64,000 bases of DNA from Octopus sinensis. Its lineage: Eukaryota. The notes below the pieces were generated by a model. That model did not search any database, was not told where the DNA came from, and was given only the letters and a program-made list of their open reading frames with translations. Shown one piece after another: positions 50,850 through 64,000 of the stretch (positions within the stretch are counted from its first letter, which is position 1; every line of letters starts with the position of its first letter). Where the stretch lies: assembly GCF_006345805.1 (NCBI RefSeq), contig NC_043001.1, positions 97,588,001-97,652,000 of the forward strand. Direction: 5' to 3'. Made by a program: the position numbers and the translations under genes.

Positions 50850-52310
50850 TCCCTCATCACTATCCACGCCGCCCTTACCAGAGCATCCACAGCACACACA
50901 CTACCGTCTCCCGTCTACCGTTTCCCTTCACCTACCACCCTACCACCCTACCTCTCCATTCTCCGAGCTTTCCAGTGACTCCAGTCAGACCCCTCTACTT
51001 CGCACACCTTCCCTAACCAACCCCTCCCCTACTTCAAACGAGCCCACAAACTACGAGACCTCTTCGTCCACAGTTTCTTGCCTAACCCAAACTCGTTCCT
51101 AACATGGTTCGTTCCACTGCTCCCGCGCACGCTGCCGCACTTGCCCTTGCCCCTCCAAAACCACCCTTCTCACCGGCAACCATCATCGACCCTATCATAT
51201 TACCGACTCCTTCATCTGCACTTCTACCAATTTCATCTACTGCATGTCCTGCTTTCACTGCCCTTCTCTATACAACAGACAAGGGACGCCATTTGGCGGA
51301 CCGATTCGTGGAAAACCTCCGAGATATCCCACTCGGCAATGACACCTCGTTTTCGCGCCATTTCCGCTCTACCGGTCGCTCTTTGAAACACCTGTCTGTG
51401 TTCGGATTGTCCTTGCACAGGGCCATCCGGACACCCGTTTGCGACGTGAACAGGGATTAATCTTCTCTCTTCATTCCTTTACTCCACATGGGCTCAGCTC
51501 TCCTTTTCTCTTCATCTAACACTGCTCCCCTCTCCTCTCATCCTCCCACACTTAATTCTTCCCACCACTTCTCCTCTCTTACTCCGACTCCTACTTCTTC
51601 TCTTCACTCCTCTCCTTCTCTCATCTCTCACTCCTCCACACCTTCTTCCTCTCCCTCTCCCTTCAATCTCACCCCTCCTTCGTAACCCCATCCCAACACA
51701 ATCCAACCCCACATTCCCTATCCGACCCATCCAACACCACCCCATTCCTTACACCCAACTGACACATAGCCCACCTTAACTCCGCCCTCAGCCTAACCCA
51801 CACCCCACCTTTGCTTTCCCAATCTCGCCTCCCCCATATCGCAAAACCACCACACCACCCCACACACCATCACACGATACACCACCATACCACCCAACAC
51901 CCCATCACATCACATCAGCACACATACACTAGCACTGACCACTCACAGAGCCTCACCATAATCCACACATGCACACGTCAAGGTCACCAACACCCTTCCA
52001 CACACAGGTACTGGCTCTCTTCTACACACGCACGCGACCTTTCGGTTTGGGATCACCACTACTTTATTATCTCCCCTTCTTCCTAGCTCTCCTGTGTGAT
52101 TCCTCTGTCTGACATTAGCCCTGATTGATTGTTAACCACTACACATTCTTTATTTTCTCTCCTTGTTTCTTTGTGTGTTCCTTTCTGTGGAAGAGCTTAG
52201 ACTCGAAACGTTAAAGACTTTTTCCTTTCCGAGCGTTAAACTAATATATCTGTTTGGTGTCTCCACCATCTGTCTTCGTCTTTTGTTTTTTTTGTGTGAA
52301 TTCTCCCTAT
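50850..52310 (+). mobile_element. Decayed Penelope-like element 3' portion: linker, GIY-YIG, C-rich tail and hammerhead-like end
   Basis: Reads PFTYHP, LQSDPSTSHTFPNQPLPYFKRAHKLRDLFVHS, GRHLADRFVENLRDI...SRHFRS and RLRREQGLIFSLHSFTPHGL. The end motif at 52181-52216 is CTTT-CTGTGGA-A-GAG..CTC-GAA-ACGT-T-AAAG. A second decayed end of the same family lies at about 52950-53110. Confidence 0.8.
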
Positions 52311-52314
52311 ATAT

Positions 52315-52362
<48 letters not shown>

Positions 52363-52365
<3 letters not shown>

Positions 52366-52912
52366 AGTTTCCAGGTTGAGTCCCACTGCGTAGCACCTTG
52401 GGTAAGTGTCTTCTACTATAGCCTCGGGCCGACCAAAGCCTTGTAAGTGGATTTCGTAGACGGAAACCGAAAGAAGCCCGTCGTTATATATGTGTATATA
52501 TATATATATGTATGTGTGTGTGTATGTGTCTGTGTCACCCCCCCCCCAATCACTAGACAACCGATGCTATTGTGTTTATGTCCCCGTAAATTAGCGGTTT
52601 CGCGAAAGAAACCGATAGAATAAGTACTAGGCTTACAAAGAATACATCATGGGGTCCATTTGCTCCATCATTGCAGCAGTCAAATGACTGAAACAAGTAA
52701 TAGACTAAAGAGAAAAGTGAGTGTATATATAAAAATATATATATATATATGACGTGCTTTTATCAACTTCTATCTACCAAATCCTCTCACAAGTCTATGG
52801 TTGGCCCGAGGTTATAGAAGAAAACACTTGCCCAAGTTGCCACGCAGCATGACTGAACTCGGAATCGTGTTTCTGGGAAGCAAGCTTCTTGCTGCAGAGA
52901 CACGCCTGCGCA
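52363..52912. mobile_element. Two family B SINEs in inverted orientation (+ 52363-52715; - 5' half about 52755-52912)
   Basis: Homology to the other family B copies, in opposite orientations. Confidence 0.85.
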
Positions 52913-54059
52913 TATGTCTTGATCGCTGACTCCACAAGTCTTTTTGTCTCTTTTATTATCTCTGTTTATTTCTCCGTGTTACTTTCTATTGAATAGCGTA
53001 GGCTCGCAGCGTAAAAAGACATTTTTCACTTGCTTGAGTGTCAAGCTAATACACCTGTTTGTTGTTCTCACACATTTCTTCGTCTTTTGTTTTTCTGTAA
53101 ATTTGAACTATATATGTATACATGTTACATGTGTGTACGCTTTTGTGCGCGTGTGCATATGTCTGTATATATATATATGTATATATATATACACAAACAT
53201 AAATATGTATATATATATATATAGAGACAGAGGAGAGTGAGGGAGCGAGTGAGGGGAAAAAGAGAGAAGCTGGTAGAGAGCACGAAAAATGTTAGCCTTT
53301 GAGCTACAATGTGATTTGAGTTGCGCATTTCAAACATTGGTAACTTTCACATGCTAGGAATAAAAGATTATTCAGAAACTTTACTATTTGAGGCTAAAGA
53401 TAAGCCATAAATATTTAAATGTTATTAAGGGCAAATAATAGACGTCAAGACGTCCAAAATCGCTTCTAATTGCGTTCCTTACACAACATATCTTTAAAGT
53501 TGTAAGTAAATACAACACATTATGAATTAGACAAATAGTACTATTAAACTAAAAAAATATAGAAAACATTATTTTCTCGACCTCGAAAGGATTAAAGGAT
53601 AAGTCAATGTTGAGGATATTTGAACTCAGAATGTAACGGTACCATAACATTTTTAAAAGATGGCGGTATTTCATGGGTTTATTATCTTTGAACTTAAATC
53701 GTTTCGGAAGCAGAGAAACAGAGTCAAGAAACATATACAAGAAAATATTAAGTAATATATATTCAGAGCACTCAAATAGCATTCTTTGCAAAGATTAAGA
53801 TCGAGAAGGTGAATTCGATATGTAATGATATTAAATTTTACTTGTTACAGTAATCGACCGAAGCGTTGCTGAGTGCATTTTATATCAAAATTAATTTACC
53901 TTCTTTCCTTCATTCTTTCATCTTGACAAAGTGTTTTAATTCATCTTTGATTTGCACGCGCGATCAATGAATTTCCGATTTTTTCTTTCCTAGTTATTTA
54001 ATGATAGAATGTCACCATATCTTTCATAATATAGGAAAGCAACGTATACACTCAAAACT

Positions 54060-54485
<426 letters not shown>

Positions 54486-54950
54486 ATTGATTAGGTGAGA
54501 AACGCACGCGAATAATATATTTCTAATACGTGAATCAGTTTAATAAGTTGAGGAAAATGAATAAGATATAAGACGTGTATACTAAATAATGAGATGTTGG
54601 ACAGCAATAAAGTACTTATAATGAGATACTGGTCTCTGTATTACGAGAAAAACTGAACTAATGGACAAGGAAATGTCACATTTAGTACGGATTAAACTAT
54701 AAATAGCGTTAACGATGCACAAGTAATACCCAGGTAGTGGTAGTGTACATCAACGTTACACCACAGGGAAAATATTGTTATTAATAGGAGAAAAGACTTA
54801 ACGAATCTTCTTAGTTCTCATAATTGCGTGTGAGTGTGTGCTTCTGGTTTAATTCCTTGTATAATTTATAACCAGCTTCATGTTGGCAGAAGAATTGTGT
54901 CTTAATAACAGTAGAACAAAGCACACCCTCTTTCCCCTAATGTGTCCATC

Positions 54951-55247
54951 TTAAAGATGTCTTGTTACATTCTGAAGATTATACAAATGACATAGACCTC
55001 CACACATTGTAAGATCTATAAACGGTTTTAGGAAGGTGGATATCGTGCTATAATCGATTGAGGGTTTCAAAGGTGAGGACCGAGTAATCTTTGAGATTTT
55101 CATGCGGGAATTTTCACGTAGTATTGTATTGACTGTAATTTTTGATATATCTTTGTTAATATCAGTACGTTTCGTAATCCCTGGTGAACTCTTGTAAAAG
55201 CCCTTTTTATCAATTCTATATTCATAAGGTGTATGCACGTAAATCAC
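54951..55247 (-). mobile_element. Decayed IS630-Tc1-mariner superfamily transposase fragment
   Basis: DISKITVNTILRENSRMKISKITRSSPLKPSIDY resembles IS.TTV.RILRK.L.MK.YK....LKP.D. Confidence 0.5.
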
Positions 55248-55984
55248 CTATTTTTGTAGGAAATGTTTCAAACGAGAGTCTTATTTCATGTTCACCCTCA
55301 CGTGTAGGTTATATGTGACAAAGTCCAACTGATCAATTCAAGTTTCTGTACGGATATATTACATCCACATTTGCTTTGTTTAGCATATTCACCTTTTAAT
55401 AAGATGGTAAGTTAAATTCGAAGGCAATGGATAGCCATGGTTCTTACTTTATAACAGTTTAGTAAAACAGTAACTTTTTATTTCTTGGTTGAAGCTTTAG
55501 AATTAAAATATATTATGCCGCAGAAGAGACAGAAAATAGATGGGATACAAATACAGCAGCCAATACGCTACAAGATAGGAGAATGTAAAGCTTCAGGAGA
55601 AATGTCAGAAATATAGAATAGGTACGCTGAAATTGCCTACAGCATTATTTAATCATCGACTGGAGAAGCATGATATGATACAGTAATGGCTTGCTGGCTG
55701 AAAAAGTCATTTTAATATCAATATGACCGCAAGCAATCGTGATTTTAACGCAAAAATAGCCAGTTTGTGTATATCATTCGAAATATTAACAGCACTATTA
55801 TTGCAGCTGCTAAAGTCTCACCTGGAACGAAAAACTACAACATACTTCGAATAAAGTAAAACAGGTATAACCACGGCTGAAAGAAACATGTAATCAAATT
55901 TCTACCTGAATATATAGGCTGTGCAATATATATAAACTGAATATATAGGATGTGTGAACAAACCAAATATGTATTGGAAAGTAT

Positions 55985-56220
55985 AAATATATAATTAATG
56001 CGTCCTTTTAAAGTCTAGCTAAGCTCATGGGCCCGGTTTTCCAGTTTCAATGGCGTATGTATTCCCCAGCTGGACGGGACGCCAGTCCATCGCAGCGTTA
56101 CTCATTTTGCCAGCTGAGTGGACTGGAGCAACGTGAAATGAAGTGTTTTCCTCAAGAATCGAAACTACAATCTTAGGATCATGATACTGACACCCTAACC
56201 ACTAAGCCACGCGCCTCCAC
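55985..56220 (-). mobile_element. tRNA-derived SINE (family C-related) with TSD
   Basis: Head GGAGGCGCGTGGCTTAGTGGTTAGGG. A 12-bp direct repeat ATTGGAAAGTAT lies at 55973-55984 and 56221-56232. Confidence 0.9.
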
Positions 56221-57532
56221 ATTGGAAAGTATGAAACATACAATATGTCACATGCAGTGAAAGGAAGGGCGCAATTTTAACACCAATTCAAATCTACCAA
56301 ATTCCCCATAAAATTTTTCAATTAGAATGTTTCCTAAGAGAATCATATTGTTAGTAGTACCAGGAACTGACAATTAACAACATTCAGTGCACGCATCAAA
56401 TAAAAAGTTATGCTTATGATAAACAAGCAAAAACGCCCACATACACAGAGCTGAGAATCCCTAAGAAAGCAGGCATGAAATTTAGTTTACATAAATACTG
56501 CAAAGCAAATCTCTGATGTTGGCTATTGTTTTAAAAATAGCTACGCAGTGATGCGATATTTAGACCGAGACCGAACAACTATTTAAGAAAAAAGGAATTA
56601 CTGTACAATAATCGGAAAGTAATGAGTATTTTAAGGGAAAATTACGCTACAACATATTATTTATTCCATTAGACCTAGATGCAAATGCCGCAATACATAT
56701 AAATTTATTGGCTGAGACAATGAATCGCTAACAGATAACTCATTCTCCATTGGATTCTAAAACAATGCGCAAGTACGAAAATTAAGCAATATGAATCCGC
56801 GTCGTATATTCACTCCTATATAGAAAGTTTACATTTACAATAATACATGGACGTCCATCTTTCCTACAACTACAGAATTACCGCAAAATGCTAACCCATA
56901 TATGCCAATAAAAAATGAAGTCTTAAAATTTCACTGTATTTAGATTAAACGTTATGGTAAGCTTTCACAATATAGAAGAGAAGGACAGTATGCAACTGTT
57001 AACTAGTAGGTACTAGACACCCATCTACCACCTACTGAACATTTCGTATGCTCAGTCAGATTTTTACCGGTGAGTTCATGTCCAAACGCAACGAGGTGTA
57101 TATATGGGTTTGAACATCAATACAAAATTTGAATTTAGTAAATAATCGTTTCTACTGTAGACGAAATGTCCGAAATTATGGGAGAGGTTGCTAGTCGCCC
57201 CTGATGGCTGGAACTTATAGAAATCGAAAGGACGGGATTCAAAGTCGACCTCCGCAGAATCATATCTCAGGATGCTAAGCACTTTCTTCGTCATGCTAAC
57301 AATTCTGCCAAACTAGCGCATTATATTTAGTAAATCGCTATGGACTAAAAGAAGGCGAATCTAATTTCAGTATTCTACAACAAAATAAGTAATCGTTTAT
57401 AAAACAAAGACGAGTGAAATTATTTTCTTGAGGATGGTAATATGAAGGAAATTTCTAATAATAAATTAAAATGCCGAATGGAAAATAAAATTTTGATTTT
57501 TCAGGCAGGCAAAGCGATTGCATAATAAATAT

Positions 57533-57766
57533 GTTTCTTTATTACCCACAAGGAGCTAAAAATAGAGGTGATAAACAAGGACAGAGAATAGATTTAAGTC
57601 GATTACATTGACCCAAGTGCGTAACTGGTACTTAATTTATCGACACCCGAACGGATGAAAGACAAAGTCGATCTCAACAGAATTTGAACTCAGAACGTAA
57701 CGGCAGACGAAATACGGCTACGCATTTCGCCCGGCGTGCTAACGTTTCTGCCAGCTCGCCGCCTTA
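57533..57766 (-). mobile_element. SINE family A (a decayed copy also lies at about 57165-57320)
   Basis: Reverse complement of the family A head and body. Confidence 0.9.
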
Positions 57767-58550
57767 CGAAACTGGACATCGTGGATTGACAAAGAAAAAC
57801 CGCAAAAATCAATCCAGTAGGGTTAATGTATGAGTAGAATGTATGAAGTAGATTGTGAAGTCTTACTGCAGAAATTGTGAAGTCTATGAGTGGGCTACCA
57901 CCAGAAGCTATACAATTTAAGCAGACTACGAAAGGATGTAGAGAACAACAATACTAATAATACTGTCAATTGAATTACACAGGTCGACAAAAGAAATTTG
58001 TCCCGACATTGTCGAAGTTCCACAAACCTGATATTTCCTTATTCATTTATCAATTCCAACGAGAGATTGAAGCCTCAGAAATAGACGGTATATTTCATTG
58101 CAGAGAGCTATTATAAGAGTTGAATAGAATGTAGTGATTGAGAGCAAATACACATTGAAGTTAATAGCTGCTATAGCATAATAACAAAAGATGCAGACAA
58201 AGTTTATGAAAACGGCACGTTTTAGAAATATACACATCACAGAGAAAATTGAAAGGTTGAGAAACCCAGATATATTACATTAATACAAATCAAACCTCGA
58301 ACACTGCACGTAATCCCAACACAAATATGTGTACTTTTGTGCAAAAGAATATAACCACAAACTATAAAAAAGAAGAAGAAACGATTATTCCACAAAAAAG
58401 CGAAGAACATAATTGGCGTGATCAGAGAATAAGATTTCGGAAGTAGTTTTATTGAGTTTCTTAAGTAATACCAATGGATTAGAAAAGATAACCGAATGGA
58501 ATATATATATTTCCTAGAATCCATATATAACCAAGATATCAGTAGATAAT

Positions 58551-59025
58551 CTGTTGTGTCTGGGTGCATACATATACAAACACATGCTCACACACACATA
58601 CATACAAAATACACAAACACGGACATTCAAACACATGAATATGCAGGATATATACATACAAATGCACACACATACATATATACATATGCATATACACACA
58701 TATATACATACACATGCAAACACACACATACATACATACATACATGCATGTATAGGCACATACACACACTGACCCCACATACATGCGCACAAAAAAACAA
58801 AAAGGAGCGCAGTGTAAATAACGGACAGAGTCAAGACTATTGAAAAGGTTGCAAGACGCAACAAAAATTTTAGGAGAATAAAAATAAGAAATAAGTCGAA
58901 TTTTTACCGGTGAGTGTGTTACATTATAAATCACAAAGAGAACATGACTCTCCCCAGACACAACAGAATATGCCCCAACACACGAACCCATATAAAGAAT
59001 CTTGCAAATCAAATCCAAAAACGAA
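58551..59025 (+). mobile_element. Second copy of the 7-kb hammerhead-bearing element, with a short 5' inverted fragment
   Basis: 13-bp TSD ATCAGTAGATAAT (58538-58550 and 59026-59038). 58551-58564 is the inverse of 58953-58966. The motif CTA-TTGAAAA-G-GTTGC-aagac-GCAAC-AAA-AATT-T-TAG is at 58837-58873 (G12 is A). Confidence 0.85.
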
Positions 59026-59996
59026 ATCAGTAGATAATGGTTTACAGGAATTAAGAAAACATATCAGATATAACAGTATTTAAAACATGGAACTCTATTA
59101 GGAAATACGAATCGGAGCCAATGTGGAAAAGAAATATGAATATCATATAGATAAGAGCTTAAAAACTAATTACAAACAACGTTTAAAAATTAAATGGAAA
59201 AAATAAAAACAAAACCTTCAAGACGTCGACACCGAGAGATAAATAGTATTGATAGTACGAGAAAAATAGTCGAACTGATTGAGATATAGTGGTCTGTATA
59301 GACTATCATGCATATGTGTGTGTGTGTGTGTGCGTGCGCGCGCGCGCGCGCGTGTGTGTGTGAGAGAGAGAGACAGAGTGCATTATAAAAAGGAGAATTA
59401 AACCAAAGATAATGAAAAACTGCATCGGCCTGATTATGGGAAATATGTCAAATTAGAAAAAAAAAATTGCTAACATTAAATTGTGTGATGTAACGCTTCG
59501 AGCTGGCTGAACCGTTGGCAGGCGGGAGAAAATGCTTAGTAGCGTTTTGTCCGTTTTTAGATTCTGAGGTGAAATTGTCTGGAGGTCAGCTTTGCATCTC
59601 AACCTTTGGATATCGATGAAATAAGAAACAAGTTCTTACATGGAAAAGTACTAAAAGAAAAGAAAAACAGGAAATAGAAAATGTGAAGCCATTAAATTGG
59701 TTGAATGTCGCCAGGTATTGTTGCTAGATTTCAAATGAGGACACAAAATTCAAGGAAAATGAAATCTTTAATTTCCTTCAAAAAACGCATAGTATTTTGT
59801 TATCAGATGGGAAGTAGAACAGACTGTATCATCAAAGCAGTATTCGTGCGAAATATTTGGTGAATTAATGGAAAAATGTTTGAAATTTTAGCACAAAAAG
59901 TGTTTTGAGAGTGCTGGAGAACCAAGTTAACATTAATATGAAGTGAATCTCTTCTGGTGCCACAAATTTGCTGACAGTAATATATATTAAGTCTAA

Positions 59997-60230
59997 AGGA
60001 AAGGCGGCGAGCTGGCAGAAAAATTAGCGCGCCGGGCGAAACGCTTAGCGGTATTTCGTCTGTCGTTACGTTCTGAGTTCAAATTCCGCCGCGGTCGACT
60101 TTGCCTTTCATGCTTCCGGGGTCGATAAATAAACTACCAGTTTAGCACTGGGGTCGACGTAATCGACTTAATCCCTTTGTCTGTCCTTGTTTGTCCCCTC
60201 TATGTTTAGCCCCTTATGGGCAGTAAAGAA
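59997..60230 (+). mobile_element. SINE family A with TSD (a decayed copy lies at about 59497-59635)
   Basis: 15-bp TSD ATATATTAAGTCTAA (59982-59996 and 60231-60245), with B-box GAGTTCAAATTCC. Confidence 0.92.
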
Positions 60231-60995
60231 ATATATTAAGTCTAATACCAATATACTTGAAATAAGCGCTATTGGTCCATAGAGATATCTTTCTACCACG
60301 TCATTTTTATTGAGAGAACGGAAGAGAGTGTTTCACTTATTCGACGAGGGTATGGTGGAAAGTTCCTGTCTTTAAGTAATAGAAATTACAGGAAGGTCAT
60401 TTATGATGATTTTATTGAACATACTCCCTTCTCAGATTCACCCACTTATTGCTCTAACCACTAGGCCACGTGACTCCACAAACGTTAACTTAGTGTAATT
60501 TTATTTGTTTTTTACTTTAAGGTATGGATGACTTAAATTTACTATAAACCTCCCCGTTCTTCTAAACACCTACTAAATATCTAACTAGATTTGTAATCAA
60601 GAGTGCGCCTAACTTCACGTGTGCGTATGCTCACATTTTTGCTAATGCTTGTAGGAGCGAGTATACTCATGCCATGCAGCTTGCCCGAGAGTGTTTATAC
60701 ATCCTTATCTGTTAACGGTTATTTTCAATACTTTTCTCGCTGCATTACATGTTCGTTTCTCTTTTTGTCTCAAGCAATTTTACAAAAACGGAACGTTGTA
60801 TCATGGATTAGTCATTTTAACGATTTGTTTATTTACTTATCAACCAACGAGATGCGCCTGCACCACCGGATAATCTGAACCAGTTCCTGTTTGTTCCACA
60901 AGAGGAGTCGATGCTAGATGCGTCGAAATAATTGTTGTGAATAATAATATATTCTCGTATATTCAATCTTCTGTCTTTCATTTGTTATATGTATG

Positions 60996-61027
<32 letters not shown>

Positions 61028-61114
61028 TATTAGAGACAAAACCACTATTTTGCAAAACAAACAAGGAAAGACTTAATCAATACATAAAATTTTAATAAAT
61101 AGTCAAAAAAACCG

Positions 61115-61157
61115 CCACTACAATTGTTTCTTGTCTTGATCGACAATCTTCAGGTGG
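61115..61157 (-). ncRNA. Intact canonical minimal type-I hammerhead (GUA cleavage site)
   Basis: CCAC-CTGAAGA-TTGTC-gatcaa-GACAA-GAA-ACAATTGT-A-GTGG: consensus core, all stems perfect and an 8-nt palindromic stem III. It sits in a PLE-end-like segment at about 61020-61200. Confidence 0.85.
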
Positions 61158-61199
61158 ACTTCCAATCTAAAATATCAATATTTTAAAATATAAAAATAA

Positions 61200-63240
61200 T
61201 AATTTTAAAATAATTAAAGTATGAATGAAAAAATATAAATATATAATCCATATATAACCTATATATAATCCATATATAATCAATATATAAACAATATATA
61301 AACTAAAATAAACCTATCAACAATTAAATATAAAATATAAAATATAAAATATAAAATATAAAACAAAACAAAAAAATAATAATAATATAATAATAAACTA
61401 TATATACACCCATACACATATACCTAATTATATATAACCATATCTAACTACATACACTAAATCACACCCCTATATATATATCCCTATACATACACATAAA
61501 AACGTCTAGGCAACTATAAATAAATAAAATAGCTAAATACTTCAACACAATACTTATTCATACTCCCACACACACACACATACAACCCACATTCACGCTC
61601 TAGAAAACGGACATCACTTAAAATTATGAACGGAGAAATAGAATAAATGGAATTAAAAATTATATTCACTTGGTAAAACGAACACTACTTAAAAATTATG
61701 AATGAAACAATGCAATAAAACAACAGACATCGCAAATAGACACAAATTACTACGAATTCCTTAACAAACCTACCATGATAAACCAAAACTCATAAAAACA
61801 TATAATGATAAAATCTCCCTTTACTAAACTCTATAACATACCTATATAGCAATCCCCCTAACCTAAACATTCACACACAAATACACACACGTAAACCACA
61901 CACCCACGACATATACAAATACCCACACCACTTACACATACCTATACATACATATAAACCTCAACATATACTCCAAAAACCCACTCAACCCCACACAGAC
62001 AAATAAACACAAAAATTATGAATGGATTCTTTTATAAAACTACCATGATAAGCTAAAACTCACAAAACATAAATGATAAAACCTCCCTTTACTAAACACT
62101 ATAACATACTTATATAGCAATCCCTTTAACCTATACATTCACACACAAATACACACACGTAAACCACACACCCATAACAAATACAAACACCCACCCCACT
62201 CACACACACCCACAAGTACATATAAACCTCAACATATACACCAAACAAAATTACTTTACCAAGGAACTTAACATATGTATAAAAAGTATAACCGCTCTGG
62301 AAACGAAAATCTTTTAAAATAATGAATGGAGAAATGGAATAAATGGAATTAAAAATAATATTCACGTGGCAAAACGAACACCACTCAAAAATTATGAATG
62401 AAACAATGTAATAAAACAACCAACAACGAAAATAGACAAATTACCACGAATTCCCTAAAAAAAAACATGATAAACCAAAACTCTTAAAAACATATAACGA
62501 TAAAATCTCCCTTTGCTAAACTCTATAACAAACCTATATAGCAATCCCCCTAACCTAAACATTCACACACAAAAAACACACACGTAAACCACAGACCCAC
62601 GACTTATACACATACCTATACTAACTTATAAACCTCAATATACACCAAAAACCCACTCCCTCCCCACACAGACAAATTAACACATACATCCAAAACCTAA
62701 ATAACAAACCCATATACACATTCACACACAAACACACACACACAACAGATACTTATACTCCCTCACATATACGCATATACATACTCACTAAACTCGATAT
62801 ATACAACAATATTTACACACCCACACTCATACAGATAAATAAATTATACAACTAAAAACTCACACACAATCTCATATACATAAACACTCCAATAAAAAAC
62901 AACATTAAATACATCGTAATTAACCAGAATATCAAAAATAACAATATGACATAAGGAGAAATAAAATACATACTACAAGTCAGTTTCAAATTATGAAGTG
63001 AAATTAATTCTTAGCCGTTAAAAAAACCAAACCAAAATTACGTTACCATAGAAATATAACTTATGTAAAAAAAGAATACGCGCCATGGAAAGTAAACGTC
63101 ATTTAAAATTATGAATGGAGAAATAGAATAAATGGAACTAAAAACTATATCCACGTGGCAAACCAACACTACTTAAAAAAAATTTATTATGAATGGATTC
63201 TTTAATAAAACTACCATAATAATTATTATATACAATTATG
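61200..63240. repeat. G-depleted degenerate tandem array (about 700-780 bp higher-order period with shorter subunits)
   Basis: AAATTATGAA(C/T)GG(A)GAAAT(A/G)GAATAAATGGAA recurs at about 61620, 62320 and 63106. The + strand is strongly G-poor. Confidence 0.7.
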
Positions 63241-64000
63241 AGCTTTAGCTCATCTTAGCAGCTCTAACAAACAACTTGCAGTAACCCAAATCTATTCTCG
63301 ATACCTGCCTTACTACTACACTATCCCATTCCCAATTCCAAGCAACGCTAGCCCACCATCCGGTTACAATTCCCAACTCCACCCATTTATTCACAATTTC
63401 AACGACGTTCAACTCCACAGCGCTACATATAAGCCTCAACATATACACCGGAGATTCGCTTTCAATCCGTGCGGATGGGTGAGAGTATACATTGAGTGTA
63501 GTGATGGAGCTCCCATTACTATACACATTTGTACCTGTGTGGTAGTCTCCATGTGTATATTCACGCACGAGTATAAATGCAGGGGGTACACGCGCACTGC
63601 ATGCACGTGTACCCCCTCACATGTACATATGCATGCTAGTTGGGCTTGATATGTGCAACAATGTAATCGCGCCCGCATACATGCATATGGGCGAGTTGCA
63701 CAATCAAAATACGCACACGTGTGTGTGTGCGTTCCCTGGTTGTGCAATTCACCCATCTGGGTGTGAATGGGTGTAAGCGTATTGCTGTGGATGTCGAGCT
63801 TGATACGTATGTATATGAGTGTGTATTGGGGGGTTACGGACAAATAAACACATACATCCCCAAAAATGGGCGTAATCACACTCACACCAATCATATGTAT
63901 ACAATTATACACACTAGAATAATACATAACTAACCCAAATATACAGAACATATTAAAAATCACCAACAAACCACCATCACAAATGAAACCTACACCCATA

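Noticed and set aside
60893-60940. Hammerhead-like fold CACAA..GATGC/GCGTC-GAA..TTGTG
   Set aside because: The core GAGGAGTC deviates at several invariant positions and stem III is not palindromic.

Overview
AT-rich, microsatellite- and transposon-dense eukaryotic DNA. It is most likely Octopus: the tRNA-derived SINE families match my recollection of octopus repeats, which I could not check by search. No intact long gene, rRNA or true tRNA gene is present. The window holds decayed mobile elements: CR1-group, RTE and Tx1-like LINE pieces, two Penelope-like (PLE) GIY-YIG remnants, hAT, mariner, Tc1 and Helitron remnants, two MITE/foldback elements and three SINE families. There is also a probable unannotated small multi-exon gene on the minus strand (about 40.9-42.5 kb), with a 1-nt frameshift in one exon. 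The most striking signal is about ten minimal type-I hammerhead ribozyme motifs from several unrelated short elements. They share one architecture: stem I, core, often one extra purine, stem II, GAA, a palindromic stem III that can only close as a dimer, cleavage site, stem I. The core 3-8 base pair occurs as C-G, U-A and G-C in different families. Several motifs sit in TSD-flanked, partly inverted insertions typical of PLE-type integration. One is fused to a tRNA-derived Pol III head in a head-to-head palindrome. All calls are by-eye sequence reading; no database search or folding program was run.
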